From: a virus
Reading direction: 5' to 3' (one strand)
Length of the DNA stretch: 64,000 nucleotides
IMG/VR virus record: IMGVR_UViG_3300045988_161114
Span: 120,640-184,639 of that record
The notes under the pieces are model-generated. The model did not search any database and had not been told where the DNA came from. It saw only the letters and a list, made by a program, of their open reading frames with translations. The position numbers and the translations under genes were made by a program. Positions 53,444-62,338 of the stretch are shown here, piece by piece. How positions within the stretch are numbered: the first letter of the stretch is position 1; each line of letters begins with the position of its first letter.

Positions 53444-54326
53444 ACTTAAAGTATATTTGACTGTTGGTATTTCTGCTTCTGGTAAAACTTCATGGGCAAA
53501 GACCAATCCTATTCCTAATGCTGTTTATATCACTAGGGATGATATTAGATTCAATCTTATTAAGCCCGGGCAAACCTGGGCTGATTATAAGTTCAATAAA
53601 GAAAATGAACAGATTGTTTCTAATATTCAAAGATCAATTGCTGATCAAGCAGTAAAAGATAAAAAGAATATTGTTATTGTAGATACTAATCTTTCTTTTC
53701 ATGTTAGACAATATTGGAAAGATTTTTCCAAAAAAGTCGGTTACGGTTTTGAAATTATTGATTTTGAATGCTCTTTTGAAGAAGCAGTTAAACGTGATAA
53801 TCTCAGAGCAAATGGTGTTGGTCAATCAGTTATCAGAAAGCAATACAAGAATTATTTAGAATATTCTGGATTTAAATTTTATATTCCAGATGAAGCTAAG
53901 CCAGATTGCATTGTTGTCGATATTGATGGGACTGTTGCTCAAATGCATAATCGTTCTGCATTTGAATGGGATAAAGTAGGTAATGATAAGCCTCGTCAAT
54001 TTGTAATCGATCTTATTCTTGCATATGCAGAAAAGCATAAATGCAGAGTTGTATTTTTATCTGGGCGTGATTCTATTTGTCGTGATGCTACTATTGATTG
54101 GATTAAGAAGAACGTTTCAAAAACTATTGATTTTGAATTGTATATGAGAAAATCAAAAGATAATCGCAAAGATTATTTTGTTAAAAAAGATTTATTTTTT
54201 GACTATGTTGAACCATCATATAATGTTAAGGCAGTTTTTGATGATCGCCCTCAGGTAGTTAGATTATGGCATGATCTTAAAATAGAGAATGTCATTTGTG
54301 TTGGTGAGCCATTTATTGAATTTTAA
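53430..54326 (+). CDS. Polynucleotide kinase / 3'-phosphatase (T4 Pnkp-like)
   Basis: N-terminal P-loop GISASGKTSWA. C-terminal HAD phosphatase motif IVVDIDGTVA and FDDRPQVV. Confidence 0.8.
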   Translation: MGTSKLKVYLTVGISASGKTSWAKTNPIPNAVYITRDDIRFNLIKPGQTWADYKFNKENEQIVSNIQRSIADQAVKDKKNIVIVDTNLSFHVRQYWKDFSKKVGYGFEIIDFECSFEEAVKRDNLRANGVGQSVIRKQYKNYLEYSGFKFYIPDEAKPDCIVVDIDGTVAQMHNRSAFEWDKVGNDKPRQFVIDLILAYAEKHKCRVVFLSGRDSICRDATIDWIKKNVSKTIDFELYMRKSKDNRKDYFVKKDLFFDYVEPSYNVKAVFDDRPQVVRLWHDLKIENVICVGEPFIEF

Positions 54327-54337
54327 AGGAATTTATT

Positions 54338-54922
54338 ATGGGTAAAATTTTTACTATTTTTAAAACTATTTTTAGCTCTATCTTTAAAAAGCCCTTTATG
54401 ACAAATCCTGATTTGGCTAAAGCCGAAATTGAAAAACAGATCGAAAAAGGTCGTCAATATCTTCAAAGTCTTTATATCGAATCAGCAAAAACCGATAAAA
54501 ATATTCTTAAATACAAAGAAGCTGTTGCAACTGAAGAGCGTAAATTGAAAGACGCAGAAATTATTGCTGCAGCTGACGATTCTAATGAAGAAAAGATCAT
54601 TAACGCTTTTAATATTAAAAAGTGTTTAGATAATTCAAAAGCTATGCATAAGAATTATGAATCATTTAAGAATCAAATTACTAAACGTATTTCAGAAGTA
54701 ACAATTAAGATTTCATCTCTTGAATTGCAAAAGTCTCAAATTGTAACATCTATGTCGGCAAACAATTTTAATTTGTCTAAATTTAATATGGATAAATTTA
54801 TTGAAGAACTTGATTCCAATACCGAGGGTATTGCAAAATTCCAGAAAGAAACTGGAATTAATGATAGTCAATTCGAGCATGAATATCAAGAATATAAGAA
54901 ATCTTTTAAAAAAGAATCTTAA
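54338..54922 (+). CDS. Coiled-coil protein, possibly PspA/IM30-like
   Basis: MGKIFTIFKTIFSSIF... amphipathic N-terminus followed by a long coiled coil, similar in layout to PspA (MGIFSRF...). Confidence 0.5.
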   Translation: MGKIFTIFKTIFSSIFKKPFMTNPDLAKAEIEKQIEKGRQYLQSLYIESAKTDKNILKYKEAVATEERKLKDAEIIAAADDSNEEKIINAFNIKKCLDNSKAMHKNYESFKNQITKRISEVTIKISSLELQKSQIVTSMSANNFNLSKFNMDKFIEELDSNTEGIAKFQKETGINDSQFEHEYQEYKKSFKKES

Positions 54923-54936
54923 TGTATCATTGGTAA

Positions 54937-54969
54937 AGCCATCCTGTTAATCAGGGTGGCTATTTTATT
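54937..54969 (+). terminator. Rho-independent terminator
   Basis: agccatcctg / cagggtggct stem, then ATTTTATT. Confidence 0.65.
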
Positions 54970-54981
54970 AAAGGGAATGAA

Positions 54982-55590
54982 ATGGATATTGTTGTATATC
55001 AGGAAGACAATGGTAATGTCTCTATACTTGAAAGAGAGAATAGATGGAATTCTTTTAGGAAGTATATAAAAGGAAAATTTCCTCATAATTTATATATATT
55101 TCTATCTGCTTTTATTTTTATTTATTCTTTTTCCTTTGTAGAACCTGTATGGCCTGTTGTTTTTTTATTTTTATTTGGTTTTATATATTTCATTATTGTT
55201 GAGATATTTGGAATTAGAAGATTTATTATTTCTGATAAACCTGAATATATGTCAATATCGCATTCTGATATTATATTATCTTATGGTGAAGTATATCCAA
55301 ACTTAAAATGCTTTATTATTATAAAAGATAAATGTAATATATTGGTTTTTACTTCTGCTTTTGATATAGAAAAAGGATTATATATTTCTGATAAGACTCA
55401 ATCATTTGATGACGGAATAAGTAAAAATTTATACACTACAGAATATTTTGGCGATACATTTGTAAATGATGTTAAGTCGATTATTGGGAATATAAAAAAT
55501 AATAATGATTTTTTCGAATATGGAAAAATAAAAAATTATTATTTGGAAGATTTTATATACATATATAATAAGTATGTAAAAAATATATAA
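54982..55590 (+). CDS. Membrane protein
   Basis: 202 aa with two TM helices. Confidence 0.6.
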   Translation: MDIVVYQEDNGNVSILERENRWNSFRKYIKGKFPHNLYIFLSAFIFIYSFSFVEPVWPVVFLFLFGFIYFIIVEIFGIRRFIISDKPEYMSISHSDIILSYGEVYPNLKCFIIIKDKCNILVFTSAFDIEKGLYISDKTQSFDDGISKNLYTTEYFGDTFVNDVKSIIGNIKNNNDFFEYGKIKNYYLEDFIYIYNKYVKNI

Positions 55591-55631
55591 TATGTAGGGC
55601 GTTATTGCCCTACTATAATAAAAAGGTTAAT

Positions 55632-56597
55632 ATGAGAGAAATTATAAAATTTGGTAGTATAGGGCAGTTTAGAAATTTTATTAAGAATATGCAATATTTA
55701 GGATGGCGCAAACTTAATTTAATTGGAACTGTAAAAATACATGGAACTAATTCATCTGTAGGATTAGATCTTAAAGATAATTCTTTGTTTTATCAAAGTC
55801 GGAATAGAATGTTATCATTAGAAGATGATAATTATGATTTTGCAAAATATATTGAAGATAATAAAGCTGAATTTTTAAAAATATTTGATGAAATAAAAAA
55901 CAAAATCAATATAGAAAAATATGATTCAATCATTATTTATGGTGAATTGGCTGGCAAAGGTATACAAAGTAAAGTTGCTGTTTCTCAGTTAGATAGATTC
56001 TTTGCCCCGTTCTCTATTGTTGGTGTGAATAAAGATACAGTTGACGAATTAGATGTGAAATTGAATATTAATGAATCTATAAGATTTTATCCTGTAGAAA
56101 CTTTTGGTGTTTATAATGTTGAACTTGATTTAGATAATGTTCATTTAGCCCAACAAAAAATAAAAGATTTAACAATAAATGTTGAAAATGAATGTCCAGT
56201 TGGTAAATATTTTGGAGTATCTGGCACCGGCGAAGGTTTAGTATTTACTGATGAAACTAAGCAATATAATTTCAAATCTAAAGGTGAGAAACATTCTGTT
56301 TCTAAAGTAAAAGTAATAGCAGATGTCGATATAGAAAAGATTAACAAGATCAAAGATTTTGTTGACTATTCTGTTACTGAGAATAGACTTAATCAGGGTA
56401 TTGAATATCTAAAAGAAATGAATAAAGAATTAGATATTTCAAATATGGGCGATTTCTTAAGATGGCTTGCTAATGACGTATTAAAAGAAGAGCAAGATGT
56501 TATAACTGAAAACGGTCTTGATAATGATTTAAAAAATATAATGAAATCTGTATCAAGTAAAGGTCGTAAATGGTTTATGGATAAAATAAATGAATGA
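55632..56597 (+). CDS. RNA ligase (Rnl2-like)
   Basis: Motif I GTVKIHGTN (T4 Rnl2-type KxHGTN), motif III IIYGELAG, motif IV GEGLVFT, motif V NFKSKGEKH. The ATG at 55632 was chosen because the track start lies in a hairpin. Confidence 0.8.
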   Translation: MREIIKFGSIGQFRNFIKNMQYLGWRKLNLIGTVKIHGTNSSVGLDLKDNSLFYQSRNRMLSLEDDNYDFAKYIEDNKAEFLKIFDEIKNKINIEKYDSIIIYGELAGKGIQSKVAVSQLDRFFAPFSIVGVNKDTVDELDVKLNINESIRFYPVETFGVYNVELDLDNVHLAQQKIKDLTINVENECPVGKYFGVSGTGEGLVFTDETKQYNFKSKGEKHSVSKVKVIADVDIEKINKIKDFVDYSVTENRLNQGIEYLKEMNKELDISNMGDFLRWLANDVLKEEQDVITENGLDNDLKNIMKSVSSKGRKWFMDKINE

Positions 56598-56832
56598 TTA
56601 CTTTGGTGCTATAATTACATTTGCTCTTTTCTGCTTTATAATTAAAAGATATATAACAAAAGACCAAATTAAAGAGTTGTTATCTGAAGGTGCTACAGTA
56701 TGGGCCATTATAATAACTGTTATTTTGTTTATTTGTACATTTTGGAAAGCCTCTATATTTGTCTTAATAATATGGGTAATTGGTTCGCATATTTTAGGAT
56801 TTTTTGATGACATAAATAAACCTAGGACTTGA
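56590..56832 (+). CDS. Small membrane protein
   Basis: 80 aa with two or three TM helices. Confidence 0.55.
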   Translation: MNDYFGAIITFALFCFIIKRYITKDQIKELLSEGATVWAIIITVILFICTFWKASIFVLIIWVIGSHILGFFDDINKPRT

Positions 56833-56835
56833 GAA

Positions 56836-57162
56836 ATGAATACCAAAAGATTCTATATATTGAAAGAAAATGCAATTTCTTCTATATTTAATGATAAAGA
56901 ATATAATCCCAATATTTTTTCTATTAATGATTTAAAAGAAATTGGTTCTTTAAATAATTACTCTGTTGTTTATACTAAATCAACTTCAGAGTTTTTACAC
57001 AGAAATCTTATATTGTTTTCTGAATATGTAATCGATATTGTTATTTTTGGGAATGATTTAAAGTCTTTTAATGTTCTCAAAAGTAGAGCTGCATTTACTA
57101 TGGAAAATGCAGTAGAATTGTTAGATTTGATTGAGGTAAATAAATATGCAGCAATATATTAA
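56836..57162 (+). CDS. Hypothetical protein
   Basis: 108 aa. Confidence 0.6.
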   Translation: MNTKRFYILKENAISSIFNDKEYNPNIFSINDLKEIGSLNNYSVVYTKSTSEFLHRNLILFSEYVIDIVIFGNDLKSFNVLKSRAAFTMENAVELLDLIEVNKYAAIY

Positions 57163-58015
57163 TTTGGTTAAGGATGTTTTAGAGAATGGAACTCCAAAAC
57201 CAAACCGTACAGAAATCCCTACGCCATATACGGTATTCGGGCGCCAGATTCGATTTGATTTGTCGGAAGGTTTACCTATTCTGACAACCAAGAAGATGGC
57301 TGTAAAAGCCTGTATCGCTGAACTATTGTGGTTTATCGAAGGGAGTTCTCATGAACGTCGTTTAGCCGAGATTCAATACCAAAAGCCTCGCAAAGAATTA
57401 AGAAATAAACGGACAATTTGGTCTGATAATTATGAAGCATGGACTGGTAAAAAGATTAGTAATGTTCGCTATGGAGATCTTGGCTGTGTGTATGGAGTTC
57501 AATGGCGAAATTTTACTATTTATGGTAATCACGCACTTGCAGATGATTTTGACCAATTATTTTGGTTGGTCAATGAATTGAAAACAAATCCCAATAGCCG
57601 GAAGTTAATTATGCTGTCATACAATCCGGCACAAATTGAGAACGCCGCATTAACAGCTTGTCATACACAAGTCCAATTCCAAGTACAAAATGGGAAATTG
57701 AATTGTATGTGGACACAAGCAAGTGTTGACTTATTTCTTGGACTTCCATTCAATATTCTTTCTTATGCTATTTTAACTCATATGTTGGCAAAAGAAGTAG
57801 GGCTCGAAGTTGGAGAACTGATTGGTTCTCTTGGAGACGTACACATTTATGAAAACGCCGTTGAAAATTTAAAGACACAAATTGAACGTGAGCCATTGCC
57901 TCTTCCTAAATTATGGCTAAATCCTGATAAGGATATTTTCCATTATAAAATGGATGATATTCGTATTGATGGATATGAAAGCCATGAAGTATTAAAAGCT
58001 AAAATGGCGGTTTGA
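57146..58015 (+). CDS. thyA: Thymidylate synthase (ThyA) family enzyme
   Basis: NRT...TTKK...ELLWFIEG...ACHTQVQFQV (catalytic Cys)...DLFLGLPFNILSYAIL...GDVHIY is collinear with E. coli ThyA. The QRS phosphate-binding Arg position reads QAS. Confidence 0.85.
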   Translation: MQQYINLVKDVLENGTPKPNRTEIPTPYTVFGRQIRFDLSEGLPILTTKKMAVKACIAELLWFIEGSSHERRLAEIQYQKPRKELRNKRTIWSDNYEAWTGKKISNVRYGDLGCVYGVQWRNFTIYGNHALADDFDQLFWLVNELKTNPNSRKLIMLSYNPAQIENAALTACHTQVQFQVQNGKLNCMWTQASVDLFLGLPFNILSYAILTHMLAKEVGLEVGELIGSLGDVHIYENAVENLKTQIEREPLPLPKLWLNPDKDIFHYKMDDIRIDGYESHEVLKAKMAV

Positions 58016-58121
58016 GTTTATAAGATAGAGAGATGCAAGTATCGTATTGAGCAATTTATATATCCATTAATGCAATTATTGATACCTTTGCTATCTCTAT
58101 TCTTTCTATTGAAAGATTAAA

Positions 58122-58763
58122 ATGGAAATTCTTAGTTCTATTTTTTATAAAATTATCAATTATATAAATTTATATTTATTTAGTGGGAGTTCTTTTAAGA
58201 TCAGAAAGCTTGCTAAAAAGAATAATGGAGACTCAATTTATTCTTCTGCCAGTTTAATGAGTCCATCTTATGTAAAAGTTATATTCCATGATATAGTTGA
58301 TTATAAGAATTTTATAAGAGATGTTATTTTAAATTCTAGTGATATAAAAAATTGGGATTTTTATTTTGCTACTGTTTTAGAAAACAATAATATTATAGCA
58401 ACCTTCCATTATTCTAATGATGAAAATCTTCCTGATATTTTAAGTAAAAAATATATTGATATTGCTTTGCATTCATTGGATATATTTTCTAATATTATTG
58501 AAAGTAATAGTATTTTAGAAATGAAAGTTGAAAGCAATACGGTAATTATTCCGGATGGTTATAATTATTATATTAGTGGTCCTAATAAGTCTACAACCAT
58601 TACTAAAGATGATAAGAAATTGGTTATAAAAAATGAAAGTTATTGCTTGTTAAGCAATTCTTGCTTTGAAGTTTTAAAAAATATGATTGAAAAAATTTCT
58701 TATCAAAACAAAATTTTGTACAATATTGATTTGGATTTAGATAATTTAAAGTTATTCAAATAA
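58122..58763 (+). CDS. Hypothetical protein
   Basis: 213 aa. Confidence 0.65.
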   Translation: MEILSSIFYKIINYINLYLFSGSSFKIRKLAKKNNGDSIYSSASLMSPSYVKVIFHDIVDYKNFIRDVILNSSDIKNWDFYFATVLENNNIIATFHYSNDENLPDILSKKYIDIALHSLDIFSNIIESNSILEMKVESNTVIIPDGYNYYISGPNKSTTITKDDKKLVIKNESYCLLSNSCFEVLKNMIEKISYQNKILYNIDLDLDNLKLFK

Positions 58764-58786
58764 AACAAATCAATGTCAAATTACAT

Positions 58787-59099
58787 CCTTGGGAAGCTTA
58801 AACCCGGTATAAGCAATCGACTCATGAATAATCGTGCGTTTGGAAACGAAAGTTCCAAAATGAATTGGATGAATTCAGGGAAACCTAAGTCTTTTAGATA
58901 TGGCAATCCTGAGCCAAGCTAAGAGCCAACTCTTAGAAGGTGCAACGACTACTGGAGAGGTAAAGGTCCTCTTAATGACCAGATTAGCGTCCAACGCCTA
59001 AGTGATTTATCATATGGCGGTGATATAGTCTAGGGAGTATAGAAATATACACAAACCTGAATCGATAGACAGTGGGTTCGAATCCCACCCCAAGGACCA
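58787..59099 (+). tRNA. tRNA(CAU) (Ile2 or Met) interrupted by a group I intron
   Basis: Acceptor ccttggg/cccaagg. D arm gctt..aagc. Anticodon stem atcga/tcgat. Loop ctCAT|intron|aa. T arm gtggg-ttcgaat-cccac. Encoded CCA. Not initiator-like, because the anticodon stem has no GGG/CCC. Confidence 0.8.
58826..59059 (+). ncRNA. Group I intron, IC3-like (Azoarcus tRNA-Ile intron type), 234 nt, no ORF
   Basis: Inserted after U36 of the anticodon and ends in G. GTG at 58835-58837 can pair with the exon CAU (G.U). The core GGGAAACCTAAG...TATGGCAATCCTGAGCCAAGC matches the remembered Azoarcus core GAAACCUAAG...UAUGGCAA..GAGCCAAGC. Confidence 0.75.
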
Positions 59100-59178
59100 A
59101 GTTTATAAGGTGTTTGGCGTTATTTAAAGCGCCAAATGCCGTGTAAATTTATTTAGAATTTTTGTCTAAGGAACTATT

Positions 59179-60756
59179 ATGACATCTCCACTTTTTAAAA
59201 CTCAACGTCCTAAATTGGCAGTTGGTAAAACTACAAGTATTCCTGCCACTCGTGTTAACACTATAAACGAAGCTGGTGGCGCTGCTTATTCAATGAGTCA
59301 TGAACATGCATTAGCTCAATATGTAGTTACAGGTATGTTTGATAACACTTGTTATCTTGATGGACATACTCAACTTAAGCATATTAAAGAGCTTGCTAAT
59401 AAATGTAGTAATAATTTTGTTATGCGTTTGGCTGTTTATGCTCATGAATATGGTTATATGAAAGATACTTCTGCATATCTGCTTGGTTATTTAATGAAAC
59501 AGAATGACAAGAGTTATTTTAAACGTGCATTTCCGCTCGTTATTACAAATGGCCGTATGCTTCGTACATTTGTTCAAATTATTCGTTCTGGTGCATTTGG
59601 TTCTCGTAGTTTTGGTACAGTGGCCAAAAAAGCTATTCAAGACTATTTGAATAACTGTACTGATAAACAAATTATTAATGCTTCTATTGGTAATAATCCA
59701 TCTCTTAAAGATGTGATCATGATGGTTCATCCTAAAGCAAACAATAGTTCACGTAATCAACTTTATCGTTGGGTATGTGGCTTTGATTTTGATGAAAAAC
59801 AGTTACCGGTAGAATTGCAAAAATATTTAAAATTGCAAAAAGATCCATCTGGATTTGAAGAGCTTCCAAAAGTTCCATTCCAAATGTGTACAAGTATGCC
59901 ATTGACTGATGCTGGATGGAAAGCAATTTTTGATATTTCAACTTGGCAACAAATTCGTATGAATTTGGCTACTTTTGATCGACATAATGTCTTCAATGAT
60001 TTTTCTTATGTAAATAAAGCATATGAACGTTTAGTTTCTCGTGACGATATTCTTCGTTCTAAAGTTATGCCTTATTCTGTATTTAGTGCATATCTAAATG
60101 CAGGTTCTATTCCTGCTCGTATTAAAGATGCATTGAATACTGCTTTACAAATTAGTCTTGAGAATATCCCAAAGACTGATGGCAAAACAGTTCTTGCAAT
60201 TGATTATTCTGGTTCTATGACCTGGAAAATTAATTTGAAAAGTTCTGTTCGTCATATTGATATTGCTGCAGTATTTGCTGCTGCATTGAAATTCCGTAAT
60301 CCGGAAGCAGAGATTGTTTTATTTAACAGTCGCGCAAGAGACTATATTGTCAATCCGGAAACCACTGTGTTACAATTAGCTAATAATATTTCTCGTTTAG
60401 CCAATGGTGGCACTGATTGTGGTGCAGCCCTTCAGCATATTTATGATAAAGGTCGTTATAGTGGAATGCCTGACAATATCATTATGATTAGTGATAATCA
60501 ATCATGGCTTGGATTCAATAGAGGCCATAAAACCACTGCGCAAAGAATTTTCGATGATATTCGAAAAATTAATCCTCGCGCCAAAATGGTTAATATTGAT
60601 ATTGCACCAATGTCAAGTTCTCAGACTTCACCTAGTGAACATGTACTTAATATCGGCGGATTTAATGATACAGTATTTAAAATTGTATCAGATTTCTTTG
60701 AGTCTAAAGGCGATAAGTCATTCTGGGTAAACAAAATTAAGGCTATTGAAATTTAA
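59179..60756 (+). CDS. Ro60-like TROVE-domain + vWA protein (Rsr orthologue)
   Basis: 525 aa. N-terminal ..NEAGGAAY...ALAQYVVTGMFDNTCY.. is TROVE-like. The C-terminal vWA domain has the MIDAS motif LAIDYSGSM. Confidence 0.8.
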   Translation: MTSPLFKTQRPKLAVGKTTSIPATRVNTINEAGGAAYSMSHEHALAQYVVTGMFDNTCYLDGHTQLKHIKELANKCSNNFVMRLAVYAHEYGYMKDTSAYLLGYLMKQNDKSYFKRAFPLVITNGRMLRTFVQIIRSGAFGSRSFGTVAKKAIQDYLNNCTDKQIINASIGNNPSLKDVIMMVHPKANNSSRNQLYRWVCGFDFDEKQLPVELQKYLKLQKDPSGFEELPKVPFQMCTSMPLTDAGWKAIFDISTWQQIRMNLATFDRHNVFNDFSYVNKAYERLVSRDDILRSKVMPYSVFSAYLNAGSIPARIKDALNTALQISLENIPKTDGKTVLAIDYSGSMTWKINLKSSVRHIDIAAVFAAALKFRNPEAEIVLFNSRARDYIVNPETTVLQLANNISRLANGGTDCGAALQHIYDKGRYSGMPDNIIMISDNQSWLGFNRGHKTTAQRIFDDIRKINPRAKMVNIDIAPMSSSQTSPSEHVLNIGGFNDTVFKIVSDFFESKGDKSFWVNKIKAIEI

Positions 60757-60990
60757 TAGCTTAAATAACGTTCCTATAGTTGGGTATTGGTTTCGTTTCC
60801 TTTAACGATATCTGGTTATATGATTGCTATCTGTATTTTGATACAGATAGTGGACTGCACAAAAACAATCAAATGTACGAAAATGCAGATAATCGTACCT
60901 TATAATCAACTGAACCATTTCTTTTGATAGTTGATTTCTACTTTGTAGAGTAATGAGTATTCTAGTAGTATTCATTGCTATGTAAAATAT

Positions 60991-61068
60991 CTAGGCGTAG
61001 CGCAGTCCGGTTAGCGTGCCTGCTTTGGAAGCAGGGGGTCGTAGGTTCAAATCCTACCGTCTAGACCA
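60991..61068 (+). tRNA. tRNA-Pro(UGG)
   Basis: ctaggcg ta gcgc-agtccggtta-gcgt g cctgc-ttTGGaa-gcagg gggtc gtagg-ttcaaat-cctac cgtctag a cca. Confidence 0.85.
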
Positions 61069-61077
61069 AAGATTTAT

Positions 61078-61214
61078 GGGCTGTTGGCGAAATTGGTAGA
61101 CGCAAGGGTTAGTTTAACCTATTAAATTTGTCCAACAGGAATGCTTATAGGTTTACATTTTAAATTGGAAACTTAATACACCCTCTTTTGTGAGTTCGAT
61201 TCTTACACAGCCCA
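61078..61214 (+). tRNA. tRNA-shaped gene A carrying the conserved inserted module (isotype unresolved)
   Basis: Perfect acceptor gggctgt/acagccc. Leu-like D arm gcga-aattggtag-acgc. T arm gtgag-ttcgatt-cttac. No encoded CCA. Module at 61116-61157. agggt(61105)/accct(61183) could be the anticodon stem, but no canonical 7-nt loop was found. Confidence 0.5.
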
Positions 61215-61226
61215 TCCCATTTAAAT

Positions 61227-61351
61227 GCGGAGATAGTTCAAGGGTAGAATGCTTAAAAATTACTTTATAACTTTGTCTGTAAAGAATGCTGTAAAGTTTA
61301 CAATTCCATTCCAAGGAAGTGATGCAGGTTCGAGTCCTGTTCTCCGCTCCA
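61227..61351 (+). tRNA. tRNA-Gly(UCC) carrying the conserved inserted module
   Basis: gcggaga ta gttc-aagggta-gaat g c[tt.. module 61262-61302 ..]ttcc-atTCCaa-ggaag tgat gcagg-ttcgagt-cctgt tctccgc t cca. Without the ~51-nt insert it is collinear with E. coli tRNA-Gly(UCC). Confidence 0.65.
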
Positions 61352-61383
61352 AATTAAAATAGACACATATCCGAGGAATTTAA

Positions 61384-61908
61384 ATGCGAACAATAGTAAT
61401 AAATCTTATAGGAGCCCCTGGTACTGGTAAAAATACAATTGCGTCAGAATTGTTTGCAAAAATGAAATGGGCGGGATATGATGTTGAATTAGTTTCTGAA
61501 TATGCTAAAGAGCTTGTTTGGGAACAAAGAGATGAGACGTTTAAAAACGAATTGTACCTATTTGCTAAACAGCAACATAGAATGTTTAGACTTAATGGCA
61601 AGGTAAAATATATTATTACTGACCGACCATTAATTTTATCTGTATTTTATAATAAGAAATACGGAGATAATAGTAAAGTTTTTAAAGATCTCGTATTACA
61701 AGAGATTGATAAGTTTGAAAATATAAATATATTCCTTAATAGAACTAAACCATATGTTCAAAAAGGAAGAAATCAAACTGAAGAAGAATCTATAGAATTC
61801 GCATTTGAAATGCGTGATATAGTTAAAGAGTATTGTGGCAATTTAATAGTTCTTGATGCTATTGAAAATTCTGCCTCTAATTATATACTTAGCTTATTGA
61901 AAGAATAA
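61384..61908 (+). CDS. P-loop NTPase (small kinase-like)
   Basis: Walker A LIGAPGTGKNT. 174 aa. Confidence 0.7.
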   Translation: MRTIVINLIGAPGTGKNTIASELFAKMKWAGYDVELVSEYAKELVWEQRDETFKNELYLFAKQQHRMFRLNGKVKYIITDRPLILSVFYNKKYGDNSKVFKDLVLQEIDKFENINIFLNRTKPYVQKGRNQTEEESIEFAFEMRDIVKEYCGNLIVLDAIENSASNYILSLLKE

Positions 61909-61923
61909 ACAACTGGTGTTATT

Positions 61924-62070
61924 ATGATAGTATATGAAGTCTATCAATTTGATGGTAGTAATTGCCATCGACTAAAATTGTTTATGTCGTTTGAAGAAGC
62001 AAGAGATTACTTGTTTAATCAGAAGGATTCAATATCGTTTTCGCATGGCATGCGGCAAATAGCAATATAA
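61924..62070 (+). CDS. Hypothetical small protein (48 aa)
   Basis: Its stop overlaps the next ATG (TAATG). Below the ORF-track cutoff. Confidence 0.45.
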   Translation: MIVYEVYQFDGSNCHRLKLFMSFEEARDYLFNQKDSISFSHGMRQIAI

Positions 62071-62294
62071 TGAAAATCTGGAAAATTAAAAAGGCAGAAG
62101 TTAAAGAAATTCTTGAAATAAAAGGATATTTCTTTTGCCACAAATACAAATATTCGCATGATAAAGCTAGAACAATTATGCGCCAATTGTGCAAAGAGGG
62201 TCTAGCAAAAAGATGCCCTAGTCCACCTGGACATATGGATACTGTTTGTATCGAATTAATTAAAAATAGTATTACAGAAGTTCAGCCTGTTTAA
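62070..62294 (+). CDS. Hypothetical small protein
   Basis: 74 aa. Confidence 0.6.
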   Translation: MKIWKIKKAEVKEILEIKGYFFCHKYKYSHDKARTIMRQLCKEGLAKRCPSPPGHMDTVCIELIKNSITEVQPV

Positions 62295-62338
62295 AGTTTT
62301 TGTCTTTCATTTTTTCGGGTTCCTTCTGTACCCAATTT

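Noticed and set aside
58016-58121. Structured spacer after thyA (atagagat/atctctat outer stem) as a remnant of a td-like group I intron.
   Set aside because: It is only about 100 nt, lies outside the coding region, and has no group I core motifs. It is most simply a terminator-like structure.
60757-60990. A canonical YrlA-type Y RNA directly downstream of Ro60.
   Set aside because: No T-loop (GTTCGA/GTTCAA) or D-loop motif occurs in this spacer. Only generic hairpins are visible, so it is kept as a candidate, not called.
61104-61190. The tRNA insertions as group I or group II introns, or archaeal-type BHB introns.
   Set aside because: They are 51-63 nt long, far below ribozyme intron size. 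No P4-P6/P3-P9 core or domain V is present. I could not draw a bulge-helix-bulge motif. The position (26-31) is not canonical.
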